Origin: an archaeon UBA583
GTDB taxonomy: Archaea; Nanobdellota; Nanobdellia; Woesearchaeales; UBA583
Assembly (NCBI GenBank): GCA_002506365.1
Contig: DAXK01000048.1
Coordinates: 18,627 to 82,626, forward strand
Length of the DNA stretch: 64,000 nt
Direction of reading: 5' to 3'
In this document: positions 30,672 through 41,186 of the stretch, piece after piece
How the letters are laid out: every line of letters begins with the position of its first letter
How positions within the stretch are numbered: the first letter of the stretch is position 1
Notes under the pieces: model-generated
The model's input: only the letters and a program-made list of their open reading frames with translations
What the model was told of the DNA's origin: nothing
Database searches by the model: none
Program-made: the position numbers and the translations under genes

Positions 30672-30842
30672 TCATATGATGATTAGAAACACTATGTGTA
30701 TTTCTATCTTTTCATATGATTAAATAATAATATTATTTAACAATAATTTTTAATTCTAAACTAAATATTTATCTTAATTCAACAATATTCTTTAAACAAC
30801 TAAACTCCAAACATTTAAAAACCTCTAAAACATAAAATATTT

Positions 30843-31910
30843 ATGTTAATACACAACAATCACCATAAATTCAAATTTCATACTTGGATGTTAATTCTAG
30901 TTGGAATTGTAATTAGTTTAATTTTTCCACAAATTGGATTAAATTTTCAAGACTATATTGTCCCATTAATGATGTTATTAATGTTTTTAAGTTTTCTAAA
31001 CATTGACTATCATTCAATGGCGCAAAGAATGCACCACTTCAAAAAACCGAGTGTAACTTTATTAGTAATTCACTTACTATCTCCATTATTAGTTTTATTT
31101 TTAAAACCGTTATTTATTGAAGAAATATTTTTAGGATTAATTATTGTATCTTCCGTATCATCAGGACTATCAGTTGTATTCCTATCAAGTTTATTTAAAG
31201 GAAACTCATCAATTGCTTTACTAATCACATTTTTTTCAAATGTATTATCTCCAGTAATCTTACCTGTAATTATTTATTTATTTACTAAAAAAATAGTAGA
31301 TATTGATTATGTTTCAATCTCACTAACAATTGTAAAATTAGTAATTATTCCATTATTATTAGCAATGACAATTCACAAATTTAATATTATAAAACCAATC
31401 TCAAAACATTCAGTTCAACTATCTTCAATTGTTTTATTTTTTGTAATATTAGGAATAATATCACCAGTTCAAAACATTATTTTTTCAAATCCTGAACTAT
31501 CAATTAAACTATTTTTCATTGTAGTTTTACTAACTGGAATTAACTTTTTTGTTGGATACTTTTTAGGAAATACTAAAGAAGAAAAAATTACATACGCAAT
31601 CACATCAAACTATAAAAATTATGCTTTAGCATCAATTATCGCACTTTCAAACTTTGAACCAATTGTTGCATATCCTGCTGCAATGTATGCTCTTGTAAAT
31701 AATTTATTTTTAGTTCCACTTCAATTATTTGTATTAAAAAAAGATACAACTCACTCTGAAAAAAATTTAGAAAAAGCAACTGATAAAAATAAAAAAATTA
31801 CTAAATCAAAACCAGAAACTAAAACAATTAAAAAGAAAACTACAAAAAATAAATCAACTACAAAACAAAATAAACTTAAAGTAAAAAAAATTAATAAAAC
31901 TAAAAAATAA
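30843..31910 (+). CDS. Bile acid:sodium symporter family transporter with Lys-rich tail
   Basis: About 9-10 TM helices, GNSSIALL..FSNVLSP, KNYALA motifs. Confidence 0.8.
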   Translation: MLIHNNHHKFKFHTWMLILVGIVISLIFPQIGLNFQDYIVPLMMLLMFLSFLNIDYHSMAQRMHHFKKPSVTLLVIHLLSPLLVLFLKPLFIEEIFLGLIIVSSVSSGLSVVFLSSLFKGNSSIALLITFFSNVLSPVILPVIIYLFTKKIVDIDYVSISLTIVKLVIIPLLLAMTIHKFNIIKPISKHSVQLSSIVLFFVILGIISPVQNIIFSNPELSIKLFFIVVLLTGINFFVGYFLGNTKEEKITYAITSNYKNYALASIIALSNFEPIVAYPAAMYALVNNLFLVPLQLFVLKKDTTHSEKNLEKATDKNKKITKSKPETKTIKKKTTKNKSTTKQNKLKVKKINKTKK

Positions 31911-31939
31911 TTAAATTTTATTTACTCAATTTTTAAAAT

Positions 31940-32671
31940 TTAATCAATAATTTTTTTAACTAATACTTTCTCAATAAAAAATTCTTTAAAATCATCTGAC
32001 TCAACATCAAACTTAGTTGTATCAAACTCTAAAAACTTAATTTCACGACTTCTTAAATACTGTCCAAACCTTTGTAAAACTAAAATAAAATGTTTTTCAA
32101 AATCATCATACAATTCATAAGGTATATATTCTGTTGCTATTTTTCTATAATAAAATTGATACTTAGAATGTTTATTTTTTAATAACACAAAACACATATT
32201 TTTTAACTCATCATTAGAAATATTATTTTTTGTAACTTCCTTTTCAAATTTTAAAACCATATACTCATACATGTTTAATACATCAAACTTATTTTTAGAC
32301 TCAGCAAAATTATTCATAAAAGCTCCAATAAATACTTCTCCTAATGGTAAACAATCACAAATAAAATTTTGATTAGGATTATTAATAGTTTCAACAATTC
32401 TATTCATCAAATATAAATTATTTCTAAATACAATATTTCTTTGTTTTTTAAAATCATGATTTCTCAAAGCTTTATACAATTCATCTAACTCTTTTTGAGT
32501 TTTAAATTCAGAAATTTTAGTATATTTATATTTACACAAAACATCCATTAACTCATTAACTAACTTAGTTTTTCCAACTCCTAACATTCCACAAAAAAAA
32601 ATTCCTTTTGGTAAATCTAACTTTTTCTTTTTTGAAAATAATTTAAATTCAAACACTTTATAATTCCTCAT
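31940..32671 (-). CDS. P-loop kinase (nucleoside/nucleotide kinase-like)
   Basis: Walker A GMLGVGKT; FICD Walker B-like. Confidence 0.55.
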   Translation of the reverse strand: MRNYKVFEFKLFSKKKKLDLPKGIFFCGMLGVGKTKLVNELMDVLCKYKYTKISEFKTQKELDELYKALRNHDFKKQRNIVFRNNLYLMNRIVETINNPNQNFICDCLPLGEVFIGAFMNNFAESKNKFDVLNMYEYMVLKFEKEVTKNNISNDELKNMCFVLLKNKHSKYQFYYRKIATEYIPYELYDDFEKHFILVLQRFGQYLRSREIKFLEFDTTKFDVESDDFKEFFIEKVLVKKIID

Positions 32672-33260
32672 AAATAATTCTTTCTAATTCATCAACACAA
32701 TCAACAATTTTATATGGATTACCTTTTTGTAAAATCTCGCTAGAATGAACTCCCCAAGTAACTCCAATTGACTTTAAATTACATTCATTTGCTTCATTAA
32801 TATCACCTAATGAATCTGTAATAAATAAAACATTTTCACAAACTAAATCTTCTGACTCAATTAACATATTAAACCTTTCAACCTTAGACTTAGAAATATC
32901 AGATCCTAAAATTTTAGTAAACTTATCAGTAGAATTAATCAAATTTAAATGTGAAATTAAATTTTCAGTTGGCGCACCAGAAATAATATATAAATTATAA
33001 TTCTTAGATAGATCATTTAACAACTTTTTAGCAAAATCAAAAAAATGTTCAGCATTTGTTAAACTTGAAAATAACTCTCCAATTTTTTTTTCATTTTCGG
33101 ACCAAATTTTCATAAATTTTTCATTTTCAAAAACATTAGTATGAAATATTTTTTCAAACTCAACTTCATCAACATCTGAAACTTGTTTTAAAATATCAAT
33201 AGTTAAACTTTTTGAATTCATTAAAACTCCATCAAAATCAAAAAATATAGCTTTTTTCAT
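32658..33260 (-). CDS. HAD-superfamily phosphatase
   Basis: FDFDGVL, ISG, K, TDSLGD, GVTWG. Confidence 0.9.
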   Translation of the reverse strand: MKKAIFFDFDGVLMNSKSLTIDILKQVSDVDEVEFEKIFHTNVFENEKFMKIWSENEKKIGELFSSLTNAEHFFDFAKKLLNDLSKNYNLYIISGAPTENLISHLNLINSTDKFTKILGSDISKSKVERFNMLIESEDLVCENVLFITDSLGDINEANECNLKSIGVTWGVHSSEILQKGNPYKIVDCVDELERIIYEEL

Positions 33261-33278
33261 AATTTATTACCTTTTATT

Positions 33279-35675
33279 TTATTCTTTCTCTTTTTTAACT
33301 GATTCTTTTTTTTCAGTAGCTTTCTTATCTGTAGCTTTTTTTGCTGGCGCTTTCTTTTTAGCAGTTTTAGGTTTTGGAACAATTGGGTTTTCTACATCAA
33401 CCTTTCCTCCCTTAATTTGCATCATAGTTTTACATTTAGGATAATTATTACAACCTAAAAATTCTCCATAAAAAGACTTTCTTAAAACCATTTGACCTTC
33501 CTTACAATTAGGACAAACCATATTTTGTTCATCATACTTTTTCTCAACTTCCGCCTCAGGTTTTTTATCTGGATTTACCATATATCTTTGTAATTGACCC
33601 TCTGACTTTCCAGCTAAACACCAAATTTTCCCATTTTCATCAACAGCATCTTCCTCAAGACCTTTAATCACTGGCACATTTGGAGCAGAATAAATATTTT
33701 TACAATCTGGATACTTGTTACATGCAAAAAATCTTCCAGGTCCATTTTTTTGTTTTCTTAAAACTAAATACCCTTCATCACACTTATTACATTTAGCAAT
33801 CTTAGTTGCTTGAAATACTGCTAACTTTGAAGCTGTTGCTAACTGTTTACCTAAATCTGCTTCCTTAGACTTAATATCTCCTAATACAACTTCTAACTTT
33901 GCTTTTGCTTCAGCTAATACTTTATCAGGTGTTGTTTTTTCCAAACGAACATCCTCCATTTCATCCTCAAATTGTCTAGTTAAAGCTTCATCTACCAACA
34001 TTGGAACTTCTCTAGCTAAAATTTCATCCATTGATAATCCTAATTCAGTAACTTTGATAGATTTATCAACAATAAAAGCTCTCTTTTTCAAATTCTCTAA
34101 AATCTCGGCTCTTGTAGCTTTAGTCCCTAAATTTCTTTTTTCCAATTCCTTAATAATACTTGCATCAGTATATCTTTTAGGAGGATTTGTCTCTTTATCA
34201 ACCTTAGAAATTTCTTTATTTGTAACAGTATCACCTTCATTTAAAACAGGTAATTCAACATCTTTAGCTTTTACATAAGGAGCATATAATTCATGCCAAT
34301 TTTTAATTACAGTTCTAGTTCCCTGTAAAACAAAATCGTGAGAATTAACATCAACTCTAATTGTATTAGTTTCCTTAACTGCGGGTTCCCCAAACACTGC
34401 AAAAAATCTCTTCACAACTAAATCATAAACTTTCATCTCATACTGATCTAAACTTTTAGGAACTTCTCCTGTTGGATGAATCGCAGGGTGAGCAGGATCA
34501 TCTTTTTTACCCTCATTTGGTTTAATCTTAGGGTTAATTTCTAAAACTTTAGCAACAAAATCTTTATACTTTGCTTGTCTATTTAATTGATCTAAAACAT
34601 TCTTTAAATTTAATTCCTCAGGTAACTTTTGTGAAGAAGTTCTAGGATAAGAAGTAACTCCCTCAATATATAACTTTTGAGCAATTTCAAGTGTTCTCTT
34701 TGGAGAATAACCAAATAAATTTGAAGACTCCATCTGTAAAGAAGTTAAATCAAAAGGTAATGGAACTGCTTGATTAAATTTCTTAGCTGAAATTTCAGTA
34801 ATCTTCCCATCTTTTCCAGTTGTCTCACTAACAACTTGATTTGCAAACTCTTCATCAAAAACTTTATGCTTATCAACAGCAACCTTTTTCCCATCTTCAT
34901 CAACAGCTGCTTCTAAAATTTTCTTTCTCTCAGCAATTTTATCTTTAGGTAACTCATAATGTAAATTTACATCAATACTTTCACAAGTTCCATCCATAAA
35001 AATTTCAGAATACTTTTCAGGTTCAAAAGCTGCAATCTTTCTTTCCCTTTCAGCTAAAAAATGTAAAGCTGGAGCTTGAACACGCCCAGTTGACATAACT
35101 TTAAACTGTCCAGCACCCTTCTTAATAGACTCAGTAAATGCTCTTGACAAATTAATTCCATAATACCAATCTAAATTATGTCTAGTAACTCCAGCATTAG
35201 CTTGACCCCAAACAAGTGTAGGTAATTTATTTTCATATGACTTAATTAAATCTTTTTTAGTAAGTGTTGAAAACTTCATTCTTTGAGCATCCTTTAACCC
35301 TAAAGCATGTAAAACAACATTTAAACCAATAACTTCTCCCTCAATATCAAAGTCAGACGCAACAGTTACACTATCAGCTTCCTTTCCTAATTTTTTAATT
35401 GCATCAATATAATCTTTAGTATAAGCTGCAGCCTTATTCATTTTATATGTAGGTTTCCACTCAGTATCAAAAACTGGATACTTCCAACTCTCTCCACCCT
35501 TTTCACCTAAACCATACAAATGACCAACAGCAGAACAAACCCTAATTTGTTTTCCATTGTGTGTTAAAGAAAAAAAATTTACTTTTTCACGAACTTTCAT
35601 TGCTGTTTTATCAGCAAGAGCATTAGCGATTTTTTCAGCCGCTTGAGGTTTTTCAGAAATAATAAGTTCATACAT
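33279..35675 (-). CDS. topA: DNA topoisomerase I (type IA) with C-terminal zinc ribbons
   Basis: IISEKP, ASDFDIEGE, STGRVQ, catalytic SYPRT, GTKATRA, two C4 ribbons, Lys/Ala-rich tail. Confidence 0.96.
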   Translation of the reverse strand: MYELIISEKPQAAEKIANALADKTAMKVREKVNFFSLTHNGKQIRVCSAVGHLYGLGEKGGESWKYPVFDTEWKPTYKMNKAAAYTKDYIDAIKKLGKEADSVTVASDFDIEGEVIGLNVVLHALGLKDAQRMKFSTLTKKDLIKSYENKLPTLVWGQANAGVTRHNLDWYYGINLSRAFTESIKKGAGQFKVMSTGRVQAPALHFLAERERKIAAFEPEKYSEIFMDGTCESIDVNLHYELPKDKIAERKKILEAAVDEDGKKVAVDKHKVFDEEFANQVVSETTGKDGKITEISAKKFNQAVPLPFDLTSLQMESSNLFGYSPKRTLEIAQKLYIEGVTSYPRTSSQKLPEELNLKNVLDQLNRQAKYKDFVAKVLEINPKIKPNEGKKDDPAHPAIHPTGEVPKSLDQYEMKVYDLVVKRFFAVFGEPAVKETNTIRVDVNSHDFVLQGTRTVIKNWHELYAPYVKAKDVELPVLNEGDTVTNKEISKVDKETNPPKRYTDASIIKELEKRNLGTKATRAEILENLKKRAFIVDKSIKVTELGLSMDEILAREVPMLVDEALTRQFEDEMEDVRLEKTTPDKVLAEAKAKLEVVLGDIKSKEADLGKQLATASKLAVFQATKIAKCNKCDEGYLVLRKQKNGPGRFFACNKYPDCKNIYSAPNVPVIKGLEEDAVDENGKIWCLAGKSEGQLQRYMVNPDKKPEAEVEKKYDEQNMVCPNCKEGQMVLRKSFYGEFLGCNNYPKCKTMMQIKGGKVDVENPIVPKPKTAKKKAPAKKATDKKATEKKESVKKEKE

Positions 35676-35857
35676 TTTTTATTAATAATATAAAACATCT
35701 AAAATGTTTTTTTATAATAAAATCAAAATATTCTTCTTTATATATCTTTGTTATCAATCTAATACATTTTTATCAAATTTAACAAATTATTAAACCTATT
35801 CATTAGTATAGTATAAAAAACAAGTTTTATAAATATAAAAATTCATATCTATTATCC

Positions 35858-36691
35858 ATGACGCCAGAAGAAAAAATAATTCAAATCAAAAATTTGGGAA
35901 TAGAAAATTTATGTATTCTTTCAGATTTTGACGATACAATATCAAAAGGAATAAAATCAGACGGTACTAAAAGTTCTAATTCTTTTTCAGTATATGTAAA
36001 CAACCCAGATTTGATGGGTGAACAAATGAATAAGGAAATTTCAAGATTATATAATTTTTATTATCCAATTGAACAAGATCCAAATATGCCTAAACAAGAA
36101 AAAGAAAAAATTATTGTTAAATGGTGGGAATCTACATTTAAAGAATATAAAAAACACGGATATTGTAAAGATACAATTAAAAAGATTGTTGATAATAAAC
36201 TAATGGAACTAAAAGATAAAACTGATGAGTTTTTAGAATTTACAGTAAAACACAATATTGATACTGTAATATTCTCAGCAGGAATCTATAACTTAATTCA
36301 TAAATTTTTAGAATTAAATCATGTTGACCATAAAAATATTCATGTTGTAGCAAATAAATTCAAATTTGATGAATCTGGTTTTTTTACACACACATACGGA
36401 GATATAATTCACTCTATGAATAAAACATTCTTTGAACTTTCAAGAATTCCAGTATATGAAGAACTAACTCAAAAAAAATCCTGTATAATATTAGGTGATT
36501 CATTATCTGATACTTATATGACAAAAGGTGCAAACTTTCAAGTAGAATTAAAAATTGGTTTTTTAAATACTCTGCCAGAAGATCCAGCTTACAAAATGAG
36601 ACTAAAAGCGCACCAAGAAAAATTTGATATTGTTTTACAAGGTCAAGAAGATTTCACAAAAATTAACAAAATATTAAAACAAATTATATAA
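35858..36691 (+). CDS. Pyrimidine 5'-nucleotidase (cN-III/UMPH-1-like HAD)
   Basis: SDFDDTISK, KWW, IFSAG, VVAN, IHSMNK, LGDSLSD, LKIGFLN. Confidence 0.8.
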   Translation: MTPEEKIIQIKNLGIENLCILSDFDDTISKGIKSDGTKSSNSFSVYVNNPDLMGEQMNKEISRLYNFYYPIEQDPNMPKQEKEKIIVKWWESTFKEYKKHGYCKDTIKKIVDNKLMELKDKTDEFLEFTVKHNIDTVIFSAGIYNLIHKFLELNHVDHKNIHVVANKFKFDESGFFTHTYGDIIHSMNKTFFELSRIPVYEELTQKKSCIILGDSLSDTYMTKGANFQVELKIGFLNTLPEDPAYKMRLKAHQEKFDIVLQGQEDFTKINKILKQII

Positions 36692-36765
36692 TTTTTTTAA
36701 TAATTTAAATTAAAATAAAAATTAAATAATGTATTCATTTTTTCTAATTCAATTAATTATTTAAT

Positions 36766-37071
36766 TTAATCTGAATTAATTTGTTTTACAATTCTAATAT
36801 TATTTTTATCATAAATACAAACATATTCATCAAAAATAATATTAAATGAAGTTAAAGTTCCATACTTCAAATTCCAATCATGTTCAATTAAATCTCTATT
36901 ATTATTAGAAATTCTATAACTTTGATTTTCTAAATTATATAAAATAGGTAATCCATTTTTTTTCAAAATAGATTCAAAATGCATCTCCAATTCAGAACTT
37001 ACACAAAATTCAAAACTCTTAATTTTATTCTCTAAATTATTATTAAATTCTGTTCCAAAATCACAAACCAT
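36766..37071 (-). CDS. Hypothetical protein
   Basis: 101 aa with ATG and an upstream TATA box. Confidence 0.4.
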   Translation of the reverse strand: MVCDFGTEFNNNLENKIKSFEFCVSSELEMHFESILKKNGLPILYNLENQSYRISNNNRDLIEHDWNLKYGTLTSFNIIFDEYVCIYDKNNIRIVKQINSD

Positions 37072-37135
37072 ATCCCAATATGGTTTTTAATATATATAAA
37101 TTTGTCGAAAATTAAAATTCATTAAAATTAATAAA

Positions 37136-37493
37136 TTAAAATTCACTATCAATTTTTGGTAACTTTCTATCAACAGCAAATTTATCATTATTTTCACATA
37201 ATGACCCAACAACATCATAAGTAAAATCATTAACATTATTTTCCTTTCCTAAAACAACAATATGATGAACAACCTCCACCAAATCCAACTGAACTTAAAC
37301 TCTTTAAAATATGTGGATTTGGATTAGCCTTAACAGCAAAATATTCTTTAAAACCTCTATTCCAACTAAAAGCATTTTTTAATTTTTTAGCATTTTTAAT
37401 CATAGCCCTTTAATCATAAATATAAAACGGAGTTGAAAACTCCTCGCTAATCTTTTCAATTCTCTCTTTTGTAAACGGTAATACTCTATTCAT
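37136..37493 (-). pseudogene. lysA: Diaminopimelate decarboxylase pseudogene (nonsense codon, large internal deletion/frameshift, truncated end)
   Basis: Manual translation: MNRVLPFTKERIEKISEEFSTPFYIYD*RAMIKNAKKLKNAFSWNRGFKEYFAVKANPNPHILK...CSS, then shifted frame HHIVVLGKENNVNDFTYDVVGSLCENNDKFAVDRKLPKIDSEF*; PLP-Lys motif FAVKAN and GSLCE motif retained. Confidence 0.9.
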
Positions 37494-37495
37494 TT

Positions 37496-38443
37496 TTAAT
37501 TCTCATCATAAATATAAAATCCACTCTCGATTAATCTATCAAATTCATTATTAAATAAATTAATTGTGCAATTTTTCTTAAAATAAACTTTTCCATTTTC
37601 AACATAAAAATATTTTTCAATATCTAATTCATTAAATCTAAAAAAATCTAAATTGTCGCAATCAGCAAAAAACTCACCAGCACTAATTTTAGTAATATTT
37701 AAACTCTCAATATCTTCTCTAATAATCACATCATTTAAACTTGTATTCTCATTAAATTTAATATTTACTTCTCCATTAAAAACGCCTTGTGAGATATCAA
37801 AAACATTCAAATTTTCATAATTACACACTTCAAAAATTTGAAAAAACTTTCTAATTGTATTAAATGCAAATTCATCAGCACCAGTAGTTTTATTAGAACC
37901 ACATTCAACAATAAAACTAGGACAAATATCTCTAGTTAAATCCACAAATAAATTTTCATCTCCTCTATTAATAAAAGTAAATTCACAAAATTTTCTTGAA
38001 ACATTAATACTAAACTCATCAGTATTTGAAGTAAAACAATGTTGAATTAAATTTGAACAATTATATGAATGTAAATCTAAAATTCCAACTAAATTTAAAG
38101 ACTGTAAAAATTCATAAATTTCATACGCTTTTAATTCAATTTCACTTGTTGGGTTTTGAGTCCAAATTCTATTAAAATTCACATCAATTAATCTCTCACA
38201 AAATCTAGCAGCATTAACATTCCCAATCATAAAATACACATCACAATTATAATTTTGATTTGAATCTAATTCATTTAAAATCGCATTCAAACCACAAACT
38301 TCATCCCCATGTAAAATAGTTGAAATAAAAACCGCTCTTGAACTATCATTTCCTTTTTTTCTAAAAATTGAAAAATCATCATAATTATTAATTAAATAAT
38401 TTAAATCTTGATTTTCAATTTCCTCAAACTCATAAATATTCAT
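37496..38443 (-). CDS. M14-family Zn hydrolase (succinylglutamate desuccinylase/aspartoacylase-like)
   Basis: HGDE, NFNR, LDLHS, VECG motifs; GAGGT Shine-Dalgarno overlapping the upstream stop. Confidence 0.8.
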   Translation of the reverse strand: MNIYEFEEIENQDLNYLINNYDDFSIFRKKGNDSSRAVFISTILHGDEVCGLNAILNELDSNQNYNCDVYFMIGNVNAARFCERLIDVNFNRIWTQNPTSEIELKAYEIYEFLQSLNLVGILDLHSYNCSNLIQHCFTSNTDEFSINVSRKFCEFTFINRGDENLFVDLTRDICPSFIVECGSNKTTGADEFAFNTIRKFFQIFEVCNYENLNVFDISQGVFNGEVNIKFNENTSLNDVIIREDIESLNITKISAGEFFADCDNLDFFRFNELDIEKYFYVENGKVYFKKNCTINLFNNEFDRLIESGFYIYDEN

Positions 38444-38454
38444 TTTAATTTACC

Positions 38455-39633
38455 TCAATTATAATCAAATTCATTTAAAATTTCATCTAAATAATTATTT
38501 GTCCCCATTCTAATTTGCTGTTGCGCTCTAGTCTCCTCAAGTAATGGAATTAAATTTTCAACATAACTAAATGAAACCTCATCTAAATAATCTCTAGCCT
38601 GTGAAATCATCAAATGAGCATAATCTCTTAAATTTCTATCGTCCACTTGACAATTTAAACCAAATCTTCCAGCATTTGAACTCAAAACTTCTAATTCATT
38701 AGTATTAGATGAAATATTTGATAAAACATTATTCCCATCCAAGCAAGATAAAATATGCCCTTCAAGTAATGCACTAACACCTAAATTTTCACCTAATGTG
38801 CAAAGCATATCGCAAGGTCTATATTCAACTCTAATCTCATCATTTGCAAATTTATTTCCGGCTTTATCCTCAGTCCTAGGTCTAATATCAACATATAATT
38901 GTGATTCAACTCCAACAGGATTTCCACGACCACCAAAATGAGTCAAATAATCAATATAATCATCATAAGATTCATAACTTTCAGGAATTCCAAATCCACA
39001 AATTGTATCTTCTAAATTTACATTTCCTTTACCTTCACATCTCTCCCAAATATGTCTTCTACCATTTAAAATAGGATGTCCGCCATTTCTTTCCAAATAG
39101 GAATTAGTATGAACTCTACTATTTTGAAAAACAGGTGAATTTGCTGTTAAAGCAACCATAATTGGAATAGTTGGACGCAAAATATTATTTAAATAAATAA
39201 TTTGTTCAGTCTCACTCATTTCTGAACCAACTAATGAATAATTAACTTGAAAAGCTTGTAATCCCGTTTCCAATTCAACACCCTCACCATTAGCAAAATC
39301 AAACATTTCGTTTGTACTATTTGTGATATTATTTAATCTTTCATTTGGACTAACCAATGGATTAAATTCTAAGGGAAAAGCGCCAACAGATAACAATCTT
39401 GAACCCTCATCTAATCTAGATTGAACCATATTAACATATTCTTTAATATTTGATTCTAATTCTAAATAACTAGTTGACGGATTTGACGCAATTTCAAATT
39501 GGTATGGTCCATATTCATGAGATATATTCTCATGCCCTAAATCTCTTACAATATTATAAACATTTGAATTTGGGTTAAAATTTTCATCAGTTACAAAAAA
39601 TTCTAACTCCAATCCTTTTTTTACACTTATCAT
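38455..39633 (-). CDS. Glutamate-cysteine ligase family 2 (carboxylate-amine ligase)
   Basis: GLELEF, QFEIAS, ALTANSP, DIRPR, RVEYRPCD. Confidence 0.85.
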   Translation of the reverse strand: MISVKKGLELEFFVTDENFNPNSNVYNIVRDLGHENISHEYGPYQFEIASNPSTSYLELESNIKEYVNMVQSRLDEGSRLLSVGAFPLEFNPLVSPNERLNNITNSTNEMFDFANGEGVELETGLQAFQVNYSLVGSEMSETEQIIYLNNILRPTIPIMVALTANSPVFQNSRVHTNSYLERNGGHPILNGRRHIWERCEGKGNVNLEDTICGFGIPESYESYDDYIDYLTHFGGRGNPVGVESQLYVDIRPRTEDKAGNKFANDEIRVEYRPCDMLCTLGENLGVSALLEGHILSCLDGNNVLSNISSNTNELEVLSSNAGRFGLNCQVDDRNLRDYAHLMISQARDYLDEVSFSYVENLIPLLEETRAQQQIRMGTNNYLDEILNEFDYN

Positions 39634-39704
39634 AGTAATAATAAATTATATAAATAATATTAACATAATGTATATTATTATACAAATAATTACAAAACTG
39701 TAAA

Positions 39705-40361
39705 ATGAAACAAATAACTAAACAAGTAGAACAAATTCTATCAAATAAACCGTTTATTCAACAAGGATTACTAAAAGGAATAATGAATGTAGCAGCATTA
39801 AGTGAAGAATTTATACCTGAGATTGAAGCAAATTTAAAGACTAAAATTAATTTTTCATCCGTAAATATGGCAATTAGAAGATATGCTGAAAAATTAGAAA
39901 AAGCTGATTTTAATCAAGTTTATTTTGAAAAAACAACTTCTTTAAACATTAAATCAAATTTAATGGAAATTACAATTTATAAAAATGAAAATGTTCAAAA
40001 TTATATTAAAAAATTATACAAATTAATTAACATGCAATCAGGAGATTTTTTAACAATAACTCAAGGACTTCACGAAGTAATGATAATTTTTGACGAAAAA
40101 TATAAAGAAGAGATAATAGAAATTTTACCTAAAAAAATAATTAAATACTCACAAACAGACATCGCAAGTTTAACAATGAGTATACCACAAACATCAGTAG
40201 ATTCAGTTGGTTTTTATTATACAATAACTAAAACACTAGCTTGGGAAAACGTTCCAATTATTGATATTGTATCAACATACACAGAAATAACAATATTATT
40301 ATCAAGCGAAAATGTAGGTAAATCCTTTGATGTATTAAAAAAATTAATATCAAACAAATAA
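39705..40361 (+). CDS. ACT-domain putative amino-acid-responsive regulator
   Basis: GIMNVAALS...AIRRY N-terminal helical domain, C-terminal ACT (VPIIDIVSTYTEITI). Confidence 0.7.
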   Translation: MKQITKQVEQILSNKPFIQQGLLKGIMNVAALSEEFIPEIEANLKTKINFSSVNMAIRRYAEKLEKADFNQVYFEKTTSLNIKSNLMEITIYKNENVQNYIKKLYKLINMQSGDFLTITQGLHEVMIIFDEKYKEEIIEILPKKIIKYSQTDIASLTMSIPQTSVDSVGFYYTITKTLAWENVPIIDIVSTYTEITILLSSENVGKSFDVLKKLISNK

Positions 40362-40410
40362 GAAACAAACCTCAAAAAAATCAAAATTTAAAATATTTTT
40401 AATTTTATAT

Positions 40411-41076
40411 TTATTCTAAAATATGATACAAATTTCCTTTAAAATGTTCTTTTGAAATAATTTTAAACCCACAAGATAAAATCAAATTATCTAGTTCATC
40501 TTCATCAAATAAATAATAAAATCTATCTAATTTTTCACCATCTAAATCATAAGTTACACGAACTTTTTTATCATCTCCTTGATCAAATACAAATTTTTTT
40601 TTTTTAATTTGTTTATCTAAAAATTCTTTTTCAGGAAACCAATTAGAAATTAAAATTTTTCCACTTGACTTTAAAATTCTTCTAAATTCAACTAAAGCCT
40701 TTTTTTGTAAATCTACATCTAATAAATGATGAAATGCTGCAATACACACAATAGAATCAAATGAATCTGATTCAATTGGAATATTTGTAAAATCACAACA
40801 AACAGTCCTATAACCCTTTTCACTAACAGTCTTTAACTGTCCTGAAGATATATCTGAACCAACTAAATTACTTTTTAAAAATCCACTCTGCTCTGCTAAT
40901 TGTAAATGACGTCCACCTCCACAACCTAAATCTAAAAATTGTAACTTTTCCTTATCTGAAAAACTCTCAACAAACTCAACTACAGGTTTCCAAAAATATT
41001 GTCTTTTAGTTTCCCAATTCTCACAAATTTTATTATAAGTTTCTTCATTAATTTTAGTATAATTAGTATTTTCCAT
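40411..41076 (-). CDS. Class I SAM-dependent methyltransferase (Trm9/ALKBH8-like)
   Basis: LDLGCGGGR, GSDIS, CIAAFHHL, RFYYLF. Confidence 0.85.
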   Translation of the reverse strand: MENTNYTKINEETYNKICENWETKRQYFWKPVVEFVESFSDKEKLQFLDLGCGGGRHLQLAEQSGFLKSNLVGSDISSGQLKTVSEKGYRTVCCDFTNIPIESDSFDSIVCIAAFHHLLDVDLQKKALVEFRRILKSSGKILISNWFPEKEFLDKQIKKKKFVFDQGDDKKVRVTYDLDGEKLDRFYYLFDEDELDNLILSCGFKIISKEHFKGNLYHILE

Positions 41077-41186
41077 TTTTATTAAATCCTAATAAAATTA
41101 ATTTATATTAATATATAAACTTATTTTACAACTAAAATTAAAATTTATACAAAAATGTTTTAAATAAAACAATTTTACATAATTTT

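Noticed and set aside
37410..37412. In-frame TAA in lysA as stop-codon recoding
   Set aside because: TAA is the normal stop throughout the window, and the gene also has a deletion and frameshift
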